64,000 nucleotides of DNA from contig JBBTRC010000010.1 in the NCBI GenBank assembly GCA_038065355.1, forward strand, positions 157,844 to 221,843, read 5' to 3'. This document shows, in pieces, positions 19,638 through 29,599 of the stretch (positions are counted from its first letter, which is position 1; each line of letters opens with the position of its first letter). The notes under the pieces are model-generated. The model saw only the letters and a program-made list of their open reading frames with translations, was not told the DNA's origin and made no database searches. Position numbers and translations under genes: made by a program. Source of the stretch: Patescibacteria group bacterium. Lineage in GTDB: Bacteria; Patescibacteriota; Minisyncoccia; Phycocordibacterales; UBA918.

Positions 19638-20366
19638 TTAGAACTTGAGCTTCTCTAGGTCTTGGAGCAGGTTTTCGAAACTGACGACGACCGGCTGTCC
19701 AAGTGCATAGGCAATGAACTTTTGGTCAACGCCGAGTGCTTCGACTTCTGGACAGCCAGCCAACCTTCCGGCTAAAGCGGGAGGTTTGTCGCTTCCCGGG
19801 TCGGTATACCAGCTAATTAACTGCTTGTCCGCCTCCCGGCCAATTTGTCGGTGAAACACCAGCAAATTGTTCGTCACAGCTGTACGTTCGTCTGGTTCGA
19901 GTACTGAGCCGGCTCGACCAATAAGAAACAACCCTAAGTACTGTCGGCGCAGGTGGTCTTCGATAGTGCGTCCGTCAAATACTTTTTCGCCGAGGATTCG
20001 CACTCCTTCGGAGTCAGCAGTTTCTCGCAAGACGTTGTTTAAGTAGTCATCAAGATTAAAAACATTCGCTACCGTTTTCTGTGCTTGAGACGGCAGCGTC
20101 GCATAGGCCGCTTTAATTTCTTTGATCAACTTAATCAGGTTTGGCAAGTCGACAAATTCACCATGCGCTAATTTCCAGGCGGCGACTGTAAAACTGTTTT
20201 CTGAAAACCCGAATCGATCTTGCAGATGTTTAAGGTCAGTGCCGAGTTCAGTAAGTGTTTTCTTGAGATCAAGCTTATTCTTCATAAGACGCTCGACCAT
20301 AGACTGTAACGCTAAAGCGCCAACAAACATTGCACCGGCCCGTAACAGAGGATAGATCGCGATCAT
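19638..20366 (-). CDS. hypothetical protein (separate transcription unit in the spc insertion)
   Basis: 242-aa ORF, AAGGAG SD, own downstream hairpin ~19586-19614. Confidence 0.75.
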   Translation of the reverse strand: MIAIYPLLRAGAMFVGALALQSMVERLMKNKLDLKKTLTELGTDLKHLQDRFGFSENSFTVAAWKLAHGEFVDLPNLIKLIKEIKAAYATLPSQAQKTVANVFNLDDYLNNVLRETADSEGVRILGEKVFDGRTIEDHLRRQYLGLFLIGRAGSVLEPDERTAVTNNLLVFHRQIGREADKQLISWYTDPGSDKPPALAGRLAGCPEVEALGVDQKFIAYALGQPVVVSFENLLQDLEKLKF

Positions 20367-20442
20367 GCACGCTCCTTTGTAAAGATCACTTCCGTACCAG
20401 TAAACAAGTTTTTAGAATAAAAGCAAGTTTTGCACAATATAG

Positions 20443-20471
20443 AAAAACGGCTCGCCTGGTAGGCGAGCCGT
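20443..20471 (-). terminator. terminator of the six-gene island operon
   Basis: Minus strand acggctcgcct-acc-aggcgagccgt followed by T run. Confidence 0.8.
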
Positions 20472-20502
20472 GAGTTAAGAACAAAGTTGTTAAAACGAAA
20501 TA

Positions 20503-22131
20503 TCATTCCCAGGTGTTACCCAGTCTTGACTGTAGCTCAGTCGGCCAGGCTTTTGATTGCAAGGGATCTACCCAGACAACCACTCCAGTACGAGCGTCGG
20601 TGATAGCAATTTCTGGTGTAGCGCCAGTGATAAATTCCATCGCCCCGACCTCTGACTCGGTCTGTTTGACGGCTACGACGGTTGTCATCCAGAAAAGTCG
20701 CTCCGTCACTTCACCCTTTCGATTCGAAAATTTACGAATGAAGGGACGGTGTTCGACTGGTCGGAAGCGAGTCCAGTCGTAATTTTTCTTCGACTCTTCT
20801 ACTTTTGGTCCGACTGTACTTACGCCAATTAACTTCGTGCCCCGAGTCGAATGTTGGTATTGGTATATCAGCCTCGAACCGTCAGCCGGAATGAATAAAC
20901 TGGTCGCGAGACCTTGTTTCTCCGGATCAAATGGTTCAAGCGCAAAGTAAGCATAGAGAGCCCCTATTTTTTCACCAGGCATTTTGAAGTGCAAAGTGAA
21001 TGGTTGAGGGTTGACGTCGTCAGGCAAATTAGGAATGCGCACATCTCCACTATGCACGCCAGGGAGTGGTCCAGTGAAGCCTTCTTGGAAGCGAAAGCTT
21101 TCCGCAACGAAACGGGTTACCTGTGGTGCGACCAGATTTTGGCCGCGCAGAAAGGTGTGTTTCGAAACGTTGCGGGGAGAGACGTATTCCCCACACCCAA
21201 TTAATGGACGCAACAGTTCTGTCCAGTGGGGCCGCTTACCTTCTTGACGCACAATTTGGACACCACCAAACTCCGGTCGAGGAAAAAATAAACCGCTCCA
21301 TTTAATGAGTGAGACGACCTGTATCCATTCGCCGGTGTCATCCTGCATGTACAGAATGTTGCTGGGCTCATGGTTTAAAAATCGCCAAGGGCCAAACGAA
21401 CGCAGAGTGCACGAGTGAAGATTGTTGGAGAACAACATCTCTTCGCCAGTGCGAAACCGCACTCGGATTGGATTAGTTCGTGAGAAGTCAGGAGACGGCG
21501 ATGTAGCCGGTATACTCATGATTTCTCCGACGGATCCAGTCATACGGCCAACGAACCGTGCCGGCTGTACCGCTATTGTCCAGACGTCTCCGTGTTTGGT
21601 ATGTACCAAGTCAGGAACCGTCGGTCGTAATTGACTTTCGTCCATTCGTTCACGAATGAGTGAGTGTACGGCGTTAAGTGGCAGTACTCGCTCGTTCGCA
21701 GTTGTTGGAAGTAATCGCAGATCAACAATCTCAAGTGTTTGATACTGTTGAAAAGATGCAATGTACCGGTTGACTGGCTCTAGTCTTGCTAGTGCCACCG
21801 AAGTCAAAAGCAGACAAACGAATGTGGCAGTACCACGAACACGAATTGTCTGTTTCCGGGTCGTAAACCAAGTGATGCCGGTCAGCACCATCACGGTTAG
21901 GATGGCGCCGAAATAAATCCGAACGCCATGGATGAATGGTTGATATGCCCATCGTATATGCAGCAAGACAAGCGGCACTACGATGAGCATAGTCTTCGTC
22001 AGCCGTGGATGCTTCTTGAAAACCGATTTAATACTTACCAGTGTGTGGTGAATGAACCATCCCACCGGCGAGCGTTCCTTGCTTGCCTTTTTGGCGACAA
22101 CAGGAGCAATCGGTTTTTCAGTTTTACTCAT
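20503..22131 (-). CDS. membrane protein with ~3 N-terminal TM helices and large extracytoplasmic domain
   Basis: Hydrophobic N-terminal segments, beta-rich remainder; ATG 22131 has GGAGG SD and overlaps the upstream stop. Confidence 0.8.
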   Translation of the reverse strand: MSKTEKPIAPVVAKKASKERSPVGWFIHHTLVSIKSVFKKHPRLTKTMLIVVPLVLLHIRWAYQPFIHGVRIYFGAILTVMVLTGITWFTTRKQTIRVRGTATFVCLLLTSVALARLEPVNRYIASFQQYQTLEIVDLRLLPTTANERVLPLNAVHSLIRERMDESQLRPTVPDLVHTKHGDVWTIAVQPARFVGRMTGSVGEIMSIPATSPSPDFSRTNPIRVRFRTGEEMLFSNNLHSCTLRSFGPWRFLNHEPSNILYMQDDTGEWIQVVSLIKWSGLFFPRPEFGGVQIVRQEGKRPHWTELLRPLIGCGEYVSPRNVSKHTFLRGQNLVAPQVTRFVAESFRFQEGFTGPLPGVHSGDVRIPNLPDDVNPQPFTLHFKMPGEKIGALYAYFALEPFDPEKQGLATSLFIPADGSRLIYQYQHSTRGTKLIGVSTVGPKVEESKKNYDWTRFRPVEHRPFIRKFSNRKGEVTERLFWMTTVVAVKQTESEVGAMEFITGATPEIAITDARTGVVVWVDPLQSKAWPTELQSRLGNTWE

Positions 22132-22813
22132 GTCGATTTCCTCCAGTAAATCGCTCAAGCACTGCTCGAGGATCTTTTTGCGGCTGTTCTGGTGCTGACT
22201 CCTCCGAAGTCGCCGACGGAGTAAGTGTCTCTAGCGGCTTGTTGACGACAGGTTCAGGGGGTGAGCTGGTAAGCGCTTCGCGAGCGTCACGCAACTTTTC
22301 CCCAACGGCGTCACCGATTTTTTCCGTAACGTCTTTGGCGACGGCACCGGCCGCATTAGCAGCTCCTCTCGCAACTTGACCAGCCATTTCGCCAGCTAGC
22401 TGCTTGAGGGTAATTTCCTTACTCTCGACTTTGTCGAGTCGAGTCGCAACCTTGTCGAGAAGGAAGTCACCGAGACGGATAAATGGCGTGACTAGATAGA
22501 ATCCAGCGACCATAAAACCCGCTTCAAGTGCCCACATGATTATCTCGACAGTGAAATCAACTTCTTCTGCCCGCCAAACTACGTACGCGCTCTGAACAAA
22601 CGAGATAATCGACGCAAACCATAGCTTGCGTCGAGCTGGTTGTCCCACAATAAAACCTCGTCGATCACTTAGTGGTAACGGGTCTTTGTGAGTCATTCGA
22701 TGCAGCCAGCGACGCGTAGGGACGCCAAATTTGGTGTCCGCCATTGCCCAAATAATTCCTAACAAAAGGAACATAATGAGCAAGCCAAGGGCCTTTGAGA
22801 AACTTATCTCCAT
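22124..22813 (-). CDS. membrane protein (3 TM) with amphipathic/disordered C-terminus
   Basis: Three hydrophobic segments; AAAGGAAG SD; coupled to neighbours. Confidence 0.8.
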   Translation of the reverse strand: MEISFSKALGLLIMFLLLGIIWAMADTKFGVPTRRWLHRMTHKDPLPLSDRRGFIVGQPARRKLWFASIISFVQSAYVVWRAEEVDFTVEIIMWALEAGFMVAGFYLVTPFIRLGDFLLDKVATRLDKVESKEITLKQLAGEMAGQVARGAANAAGAVAKDVTEKIGDAVGEKLRDAREALTSSPPEPVVNKPLETLTPSATSEESAPEQPQKDPRAVLERFTGGNRHE

Positions 22814-22815
22814 GT

Positions 22816-24084
22816 TTACTTCCTTTCGGTGTAGGTTTTATCTGAGTTGTAACCGACGATTTGCTTACGAGCGACTGCTCGCATTGGCTTACTCCAGGTT
22901 TGGTAGCGGTCAAGAAAAAGATTCTTATCAACCGCGTAGAGACGCATGACGTCAACTGGCCACGCTTGCACGTGACAAATTAATCGCCACACTAAGTTTT
23001 CTTCATGTCGGGTAGAAGTGTTCACTGGATGTAGCAAGCATGCTTGCACTTCCGATGAAACTGTCGGCAAAACTTGATCTTCGGTAATCTTGACAGCAAA
23101 TTCTTCGAGTTCAGCGTACACGTCCACGAATGGATGTTTACACCGACTCAAAGCACCTTTAGCATGTCCGTCGGTCATTGTGTCGACCGGTATTTCAGGG
23201 TCGACCGTTGACAAGATGAAGAGACCAAGTGTGGCTAGACGTTCTTGCAGAACGTGCGGGTGTGTTTGGTACCAACGCACGTCAATGTCGGCGACACCGC
23301 TTTCACGAATACGTGACACAACGTTTGGGTCGCGCACATGTGTTGTATAGGGTACCAATTCTGCACCGGCCTTATCTACCAACTTTTCGTTTTCAACAAC
23401 GATGAGTGCCCGCTGTCGTTGGTGCCTAAAGACGTAAACCCCTCCGAGCGCGGCGGTATAGAAGTCGTCGAACTCAGAAAATGTAAAGTCGTCGATCACC
23501 AGCTGGCGATCGTATAATTTTCCATTTTCGTTGAGGTCTTTTATTATCTTTTTTCGTAGTCCCGTGTCCATCCAAGCGTCTGTATCTTCACGCATGAATT
23601 CACCGACGAGTTGCTTTTGTTGAATTGCTTTATCAGCTAGTGTTCCAGCATGCGACACTATCTTAATAGTCCGAAGACTTTCGACGTGTGTCAGTTTCCG
23701 ATACCACGTGACACGTTGATCAATTTCAAGTGCAATGCCGGTTTCTGCTGTCAGGTTGGCAATTGCTTCCCGATTTTTCTCAAAGTATCGCTGCATCATC
23801 AATCGATCAAACGAGTGGGCCGGCATGTAAATTGGCTGGTTCTCTTGGTTGATAGTGACGATTATTCCGCGCGGATTTGCTAAACCGTGCGAAAGATAAT
23901 AGCGATTTTGAAACTCATCGGCAATTTCCGGCGACCAACCAATCCCATCGATGTGGAAATGGTCGAGCGTTGTCGGTGTTAAACCGAGCTGTTCCATGCA
24001 TACACGATATCGTTTGATTGTTTCTGGTCGGTCGATGAGAATGAGTCCACCGCCAACCAGCGCCGTTCTTGTAAGCTCCCTCAT
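22816..24084 (-). CDS. DUF6638-like uncharacterised protein
   Basis: FHIDGIGWSPEIA...YL and FYTAALGGVYVFR motifs recalled from DUF6638; needs HMM confirmation. Confidence 0.65.
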   Translation of the reverse strand: MRELTRTALVGGGLILIDRPETIKRYRVCMEQLGLTPTTLDHFHIDGIGWSPEIADEFQNRYYLSHGLANPRGIIVTINQENQPIYMPAHSFDRLMMQRYFEKNREAIANLTAETGIALEIDQRVTWYRKLTHVESLRTIKIVSHAGTLADKAIQQKQLVGEFMREDTDAWMDTGLRKKIIKDLNENGKLYDRQLVIDDFTFSEFDDFYTAALGGVYVFRHQRQRALIVVENEKLVDKAGAELVPYTTHVRDPNVVSRIRESGVADIDVRWYQTHPHVLQERLATLGLFILSTVDPEIPVDTMTDGHAKGALSRCKHPFVDVYAELEEFAVKITEDQVLPTVSSEVQACLLHPVNTSTRHEENLVWRLICHVQAWPVDVMRLYAVDKNLFLDRYQTWSKPMRAVARKQIVGYNSDKTYTERK

Positions 24085-24152
24085 TGTTCATCTCCGAGTT
24101 AAGGGGTTGTGGGTGGTAAGTCGGGTGGCCATTAGCCACCCGACTCAGATTT

Positions 24153-26108
24153 TCAGAGCTCAGTCTTTTCTTGCTTCAGTTCCGTATGCGCTTTTAACTG
24201 CACACGAATTCTTTTTTTCTCCGCCTCGACCTCTCGCCGAAACTGCTTTTCAGCAATGGTGGCAAAAGCGTCAAGGTAACGAGACGTCTCTTGCACCCAG
24301 ACGTCCTGCATCTTGAGGGTGCCCATGTTCTGGTGCATAAGGTCTTTAAGCATCGCACGTTTTTGCTCGTAGTCACGGCGGAAAAACACTTCTGGCTTTT
24401 CCATCCATTCGTCAGGCGGATCGAAATCCACCATTCGGGCTGACACAGCTGATTGAATGTTGCGAACTTCTCGGGACGAGAAGCCGTCAAATTCTTTCTG
24501 TACCGATGCCGCCAATACCGCGAAAAACTTAAACTCAGTCACGGCATGCTGTTTCAGAACTCGGTCAAAAATATCTCGCATTGTCGAATGCTTGGGAGCA
24601 TCGTAATGTTCGAGACTTTGTGACAGACTGACCAGCTCAGCTTGCAGCGACATGTATTCGTAGTCTGTTGGATCAGTCATGTTGGCAGTAAATTCTGGCA
24701 CAGCGTCCCGAAAATGCTTCCACCACAAGCGATCTTGGTCGAGGAAGTCTTCCCAGCGCCGCGCTCCGTTAATGGGAAAGCGAGCTTGGTGCCTTGAAAG
24801 TACGGCTGGATCAATCTGTTCCGGTAAGTTGGTGAAGGTCTCAATGACTGATGACCCCCGCTGTATATACACCGCACCAGCCCCTTCGGTGCCGGTTAAG
24901 AACTGGCTGATGACTTCACGAACGCCGGCCGATACCCCCTGCTGCATAGTTCGGTCTTGGAGTACTTGCTCGGCATCGTCAATCGCACCATACACGATCC
25001 GTTTTGGATCATTGAATTTTCTGAACCAGGCGTGCATCCGTTCGGCTGATCCACCTTGGTAGGTCGAGATGACCGTACCGCCAAGCGGATGATAGTCAAA
25101 AGGTATGCCAATCATGGTACAGATGTCATGGAACAAGGTAGCGGTCGCCGCAATTTGCAACGACTTACCAGTTCCGGGCACGCCGTGGCCGAGACGAACG
25201 TTTTGAAACGACCCAGTTAGTTCACGGAACGGATTCCGCTGCATAATCGGATCGTAACAACACACTCGAAACACCATCCGACGGGCTTCGTGTTTCGCTT
25301 CGCGGTTTCCGACGATGGTGTCGAATGAAGTGCGAGTAAACTCCACCTTCGCGCTTTCGTCCCGCGTTTCCGCGGTGAAGCCGTGAATAGTGAACTCACT
25401 GCCTTCTAGTTGGTATGAACGCTCGGTAAACGGTTCCGCAAACATGATCGTGCTCTGCACGCTCTTGATGTCTTCGAGAACTTTCTCAAAGTACACCCGC
25501 GTGAGTTTCACAAATGCTTCCGGAGTTTTTTCCGTTAATCGTTCGAGTGATTCAACGTAAAAGTAGATAAGCGAGCGGAGTGAACCAGCTCGGTTACTGT
25601 AGTCCAAACGAGGCATATCGAAATCAGGTACCGACACGCTGTTAACGGCGTCGGTGTGATACGTCGATAGTTCCCATAGGATGTAGTATGCTGCCACAAA
25701 ACGAGTGACATGCGCCATCGTCTGGTTTTTCTTGTAGAATTCTACGCGCTCAGCTTCGCTGCTGAACCCGCCACTTCTTGTCTGTTGATTGTTTAAGATC
25801 TCGAGACCGGAAGCGTTTTTGTAGAGTTCCGCGATGTGAGTCCCAAGTTCAACACCCTGCTTCACGATGTGGAGCGTGTGATTGACCTTGTCCGCTAGCA
25901 ATTTGGACTCAATCGGCCCGAATGTTCGGGCAACATCGAGTGCCTTTTTGGTAGCAGTAATGTCTCTGGTACTGCCGGCCGCGTAACCGCGGTCGGCAGT
26001 ACGATGCTGCACCACTTGATCAACATTTTCAAGTAGATCAAGGGCGGTGCGTCCGTATCGCTGCAGGTCACTACGGGTGACCTGCAGCGGCGCTTCGTTA
26101 GATTGCAT
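24153..26108 (-). CDS. classic-clade AAA+ ATPase with long N-terminal domain
   Basis: Walker A GVPGTGKS, pore loop ISTYQG, Walker B YGAIDDAE, SRH TNLPEQIDPAVLSR; ATG 26108 has GGAGG SD. Confidence 0.9.
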   Translation of the reverse strand: MQSNEAPLQVTRSDLQRYGRTALDLLENVDQVVQHRTADRGYAAGSTRDITATKKALDVARTFGPIESKLLADKVNHTLHIVKQGVELGTHIAELYKNASGLEILNNQQTRSGGFSSEAERVEFYKKNQTMAHVTRFVAAYYILWELSTYHTDAVNSVSVPDFDMPRLDYSNRAGSLRSLIYFYVESLERLTEKTPEAFVKLTRVYFEKVLEDIKSVQSTIMFAEPFTERSYQLEGSEFTIHGFTAETRDESAKVEFTRTSFDTIVGNREAKHEARRMVFRVCCYDPIMQRNPFRELTGSFQNVRLGHGVPGTGKSLQIAATATLFHDICTMIGIPFDYHPLGGTVISTYQGGSAERMHAWFRKFNDPKRIVYGAIDDAEQVLQDRTMQQGVSAGVREVISQFLTGTEGAGAVYIQRGSSVIETFTNLPEQIDPAVLSRHQARFPINGARRWEDFLDQDRLWWKHFRDAVPEFTANMTDPTDYEYMSLQAELVSLSQSLEHYDAPKHSTMRDIFDRVLKQHAVTEFKFFAVLAASVQKEFDGFSSREVRNIQSAVSARMVDFDPPDEWMEKPEVFFRRDYEQKRAMLKDLMHQNMGTLKMQDVWVQETSRYLDAFATIAEKQFRREVEAEKKRIRVQLKAHTELKQEKTEL

Positions 26109-27243
26109 TAACGTAACCTCCGTTGGTATAAGTGATCTTGCGATCAGGGGTTGAAAGAAGTGCTTGAACGCGTTCTCCTTTTTCAGAGTGAGCAATTTGT
26201 GCCAATCGATGAGGCAGTAGCATAAAGCCTTGGCTGTATGTTGCTCCTCGCTCGATGGCGCGCTCGTCATTGCTGGTAAGGTCGAAGAGCTCGTATCGTT
26301 GTTTTTTTCCTAGTAAGGGTATGCCTGGCCCCACGGTTTTTTTTGACTGAACTTCGTCAAAGGAAAACCGCAACACCACATCCCCATCTTCAGCGAGTTC
26401 GGAGAAGAAAAAGTTAGCCGCCAACTCTTCTGGAGTAGGTGACTCATTTAGTCGAATGAGACGCTTCGTGAACAAACGATCGAGCATAATCTTCGTTAAC
26501 CGTTTGGGGTGAATGTAGGGAAGCGACCGATCGATGTCGTGCGCCACCAGGCTCACCGAAGGTGTGCGATGGCCGACCCGACGTATCACTTGCAATAAAG
26601 CGGCGAACGCCGGGCCTTTTTCATGCATTGGGTCAATTGCCTCGTGTACATCTTGAGTAAACTCAAGGATGTACACTGCCGGGCAATGGTCGTTTGATGA
26701 GTAACACGACCACCAGAACGTATACCTGCGTTCGTGGTGTTTCTTATCGCGTGGTGCGACGTCGTGATGACGAAGCTCACCGTTCACGACTGGTAGAGTC
26801 ATGTAACGTTGATCCAAAAGATCAAGATAGCGTCGCTCGCCAATTCGCCACAGTAAATCGGAGTCGTCGCCGCCCGTTTTAAGCGCTTGGTCCAGCCAAA
26901 CTTGCTTGTGAATTCGCGAATCTACCAACTGACGTTGGTGTTCATCGCGACTGATTAGATCGATCATTGTTCCTTCAATCTCTGAATGGTTGGGAAATCC
27001 ATTTAACCCAATACTGAGTGCTTCACCGGTAAGTGAGGCGTGGGTAAACGCATACTTCAGGTGCAACGCTGCGCCCGTGTAGGCTAGTCGCGCTGCGGTG
27101 TTCTTAAGAGCATTTTCTATCATCGTTCGCTCCGGATGACCGGGGATCAAGAGATCCGCCAGCTTCGGAAGAAGCGTTGAAATTGTCGAAAATGTCTTAA
27201 AGTACTCGTTGTACGTCGATCCAGTGTCGGATACATCTGACAT
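26098..27243 (-). CDS. uncharacterised soluble protein of the island operon
   Basis: 381-aa ORF, AAGGAG SD, overlaps ATPase start by 11 nt. Confidence 0.8.
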   Translation of the reverse strand: MSDVSDTGSTYNEYFKTFSTISTLLPKLADLLIPGHPERTMIENALKNTAARLAYTGAALHLKYAFTHASLTGEALSIGLNGFPNHSEIEGTMIDLISRDEHQRQLVDSRIHKQVWLDQALKTGGDDSDLLWRIGERRYLDLLDQRYMTLPVVNGELRHHDVAPRDKKHHERRYTFWWSCYSSNDHCPAVYILEFTQDVHEAIDPMHEKGPAFAALLQVIRRVGHRTPSVSLVAHDIDRSLPYIHPKRLTKIMLDRLFTKRLIRLNESPTPEELAANFFFSELAEDGDVVLRFSFDEVQSKKTVGPGIPLLGKKQRYELFDLTSNDERAIERGATYSQGFMLLPHRLAQIAHSEKGERVQALLSTPDRKITYTNGGYVNAI

Positions 27244-27275
27244 GGTCGATCTCCTTTCGAAGTTGTTGCAAGCTC

Positions 27276-27309
27276 AAAAATGGGGGTCATCGCAATGCAA
27301 TGACCCCCA
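27276..27309 (-). terminator. internal terminator/attenuator after first island gene
   Basis: Minus strand tgggggtcat...atgaccccca followed by ttttt. Confidence 0.65.
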
Positions 27310-27322
27310 GGGTGGCCTCGAA

Positions 27323-28693
27323 TTAGAGCGAAAACTCTTTGATCGAAGCCGATGAGCCAGAGCCGTCTGTTGGTGAGCCGCCGCTTTTTGCAAAAAAGCG
27401 ATCTCGCCAGTCTTTGATCATCTGCGCGTCTTCTTGTTCGATGTAGCGAAGTTCGCTGTCGAGCTTCAACGCGATCTCTCTTTGTGCGCGCATCACGGCC
27501 GGATGTTGTTTTCCGTACGTAATACGAGCTCGCTCAACGGCGTTATACACGTCGGCTGCTCCTCGGGCAGCATCGATGCTGTCCTGTCGAGACACTGAGT
27601 TAAGTTCGTTCTGTACGTTGAGGTCAGAAAGACCTTTAATCAGTTCGACACGAATGGCGGTGATTTCTCGGTTGAGTTTCGCCGCCGCTGTGCCGATACG
27701 CACCGACCGCTCATAGTTGCCGCGGAGGGTCGTGAGACCATCGCGCTGCATGATGAGCGTCTGCATTTTTTCTTCGAGCTCTTGGGCCTCACCCATCGCC
27801 GCGTCCATTTTGGCTTTGAGTTGACCCTTTTTCTCTCGAGCGTCGTCGATTTGCTGTTGGAGTTCAGTGTACGCCGGAGTATTCCGCTCGAGCGCACCCT
27901 CGTCCATCTGTGCTTGAAGGCGAGTAACTTGGGCTTCCTGCTTCTGGAAGTCGATTTGTGCCTGCGCGTGCTCGTCGACAGCCATCTTGTGACGCTTTGA
28001 AGTTGCAGCCAAGACGGTCTTTCGACGTTCGAGCGATTTGGTAGCCATTTCGACTCGTTCACGCAGAACAGTGTTTGCTCGTTCATGCATAGCTCGAATG
28101 GCAGTGCTCGACTCCTCCATGGTGGCGTTTTGCAGAATTTCGCGCTGCCGCCGATCGGCTTTCGCCGGAGCGTCTTTTATCGCTTGTTCTGCAGATGCCA
28201 GTTTATTTTTTGCCGCAGACAGAGCACCCGCCGCTTCGTCAACTGCACCCTTGCCCCACGCAAAGAAAAGGAAACGACCTTGCTTTGACTCGGCGACCTT
28301 AAGGTCGGCGGTGGCAGCGGTGACCGCAGTTTGGGCATTTTTGCCTTCCACGTCGGCGTCGTCAATTATCTTCCGTGCGTCAGGATGCATAGTTTCCAGG
28401 TTCGCAATATCCGATCCTTGCTGCTTTGCGAGCTCGTGTAGAGCAACGGCCAGGTCAGCCAGGTCTTTTGAATCCTGAATTTCGTCAGCCATGACTTCTT
28501 CGATGGTGCGACGAATGTCGCGAACAGGAATATCCTTGGCCGTGATCTTGCCGCTTTCTTCCAGGGCTCGATCAAGGCGCGTCTCAAGTTCGACGAAGGG
28601 GTCTTTAATGTTTAGGCGGTTTTCGGCCCGAGACAGGGCTTTTGAAGCCTCTTGTTCAAGGGTTTTACCGTCTAAAGAGAACTCTTCAGGCAT
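27323..28693 (-). CDS. long coiled-coil protein with short aromatic hairpin tip
   Basis: 456 aa, almost entirely heptad-like A/E/K/Q helices; isolated FLFFAWG motif; AGAAAGGA SD. Confidence 0.85.
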   Translation of the reverse strand: MPEEFSLDGKTLEQEASKALSRAENRLNIKDPFVELETRLDRALEESGKITAKDIPVRDIRRTIEEVMADEIQDSKDLADLAVALHELAKQQGSDIANLETMHPDARKIIDDADVEGKNAQTAVTAATADLKVAESKQGRFLFFAWGKGAVDEAAGALSAAKNKLASAEQAIKDAPAKADRRQREILQNATMEESSTAIRAMHERANTVLRERVEMATKSLERRKTVLAATSKRHKMAVDEHAQAQIDFQKQEAQVTRLQAQMDEGALERNTPAYTELQQQIDDAREKKGQLKAKMDAAMGEAQELEEKMQTLIMQRDGLTTLRGNYERSVRIGTAAAKLNREITAIRVELIKGLSDLNVQNELNSVSRQDSIDAARGAADVYNAVERARITYGKQHPAVMRAQREIALKLDSELRYIEQEDAQMIKDWRDRFFAKSGGSPTDGSGSSASIKEFSL

Positions 28694-29020
28694 GTCATTG
28701 TCCTTTCTCTAGGTTGATTGTTTTAGAATGATATTTCGTTGTCAACGAACAGCCGAAATACCTACTAAGATATGACGGTTCGCTACCCACATGTATATAC
28801 CATTTTTAGTGTATTGTCAAGTTTTTGTAGCCTTTGGTATAGCTATAGATTGCTATTTTTGGGCTTTCTGGTATTGTAGCGGGCACGACGAACTTGGAGA
28901 TTCTAACTAGAAAACCCAGTCGTTGAAGGCGAGTTTTGGCGGCAGCCAATACGAGCCGGATTTATAAGGAAACACGTCACCAATTCTAGGTGATACGGTT
29001 TCATCACCTAACCAACATAC

Positions 29021-29206
29021 GTGGCACGAAAATCATTGATTTTGCGTTCAGTGCGCAAACCAAAGTTTAAATCGCGTGTCGTCCGCCGTTGCAAGCTTTG
29101 CGCTCGCCGCCGCGGCTACATGCGTGACTTCGACATGTGCCGAATTTGCTTCCGCGAACTCGCACACGAAGGTCAGATACCAGGCGTAAAAAAATCATCA
29201 TGGTAG
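29021..29206 (+). CDS. rpsN: 30S ribosomal protein S14, zinc-binding (type Z)
   Basis: RCKLCARR...[10 protein letters not shown]...PGVKKSSW; GTG start. Confidence 0.97.
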   Translation: MARKSLILRSVRKPKFKSRVVRRCKLCARRRGYMRDFDMCRICFRELAHEGQIPGVKKSSW

Positions 29207-29595
29207 GAGATACAATTGGCGATTTTATTATTCGCCTTAAAAACGCAGGCATGGTCGGCAAGCAGTCGGTCAAAGTACCGTACTCAAAACTCCGCCACAG
29301 CATTGCCAACAAACTAGTTGAGGTCGGCTACCTCACCGCTGTTTCAGAACAAGGTAAAAAGCCACAAGAAAAGACCCTCGAAGTGACACTCCGCTTTGAG
29401 AACGGAACACACCGCATCAGCGGCGTGAAGCGTCTCTCCAAGCCAGGTCGACGTCTCTACACGAAGGTCGCTGATATTCATCAAGTTAAGTTTGGAAAGG
29501 GGCACATGTTCCTCTCAACGCCGGGAGGCATCCTCACCAATGAGGAGGCCAAGGCGAAGCAGATGGGCGGTGAGCAACTTTTCATTATCTGGTAA
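29200..29595 (+). CDS. rpsH: 30S ribosomal protein S8
   Basis: [32 protein letters not shown]. Confidence 0.97.
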   Translation: MVGDTIGDFIIRLKNAGMVGKQSVKVPYSKLRHSIANKLVEVGYLTAVSEQGKKPQEKTLEVTLRFENGTHRISGVKRLSKPGRRLYTKVADIHQVKFGKGHMFLSTPGGILTNEEAKAKQMGGEQLFIIW

Positions 29596-29599
29596 ATGT

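Noticed and set aside
26109-26270. N-terminal 54 aa of the 705-aa ATPase ORF
   Set aside because: Overlaps the upstream gene; ATG 26108 has a GGAGG SD and fits translational coupling.
19265-29020. Prophage or ICE in the spc operon
   Set aside because: No integrase, terminase, capsid, relaxase or flanking direct repeat recognised.
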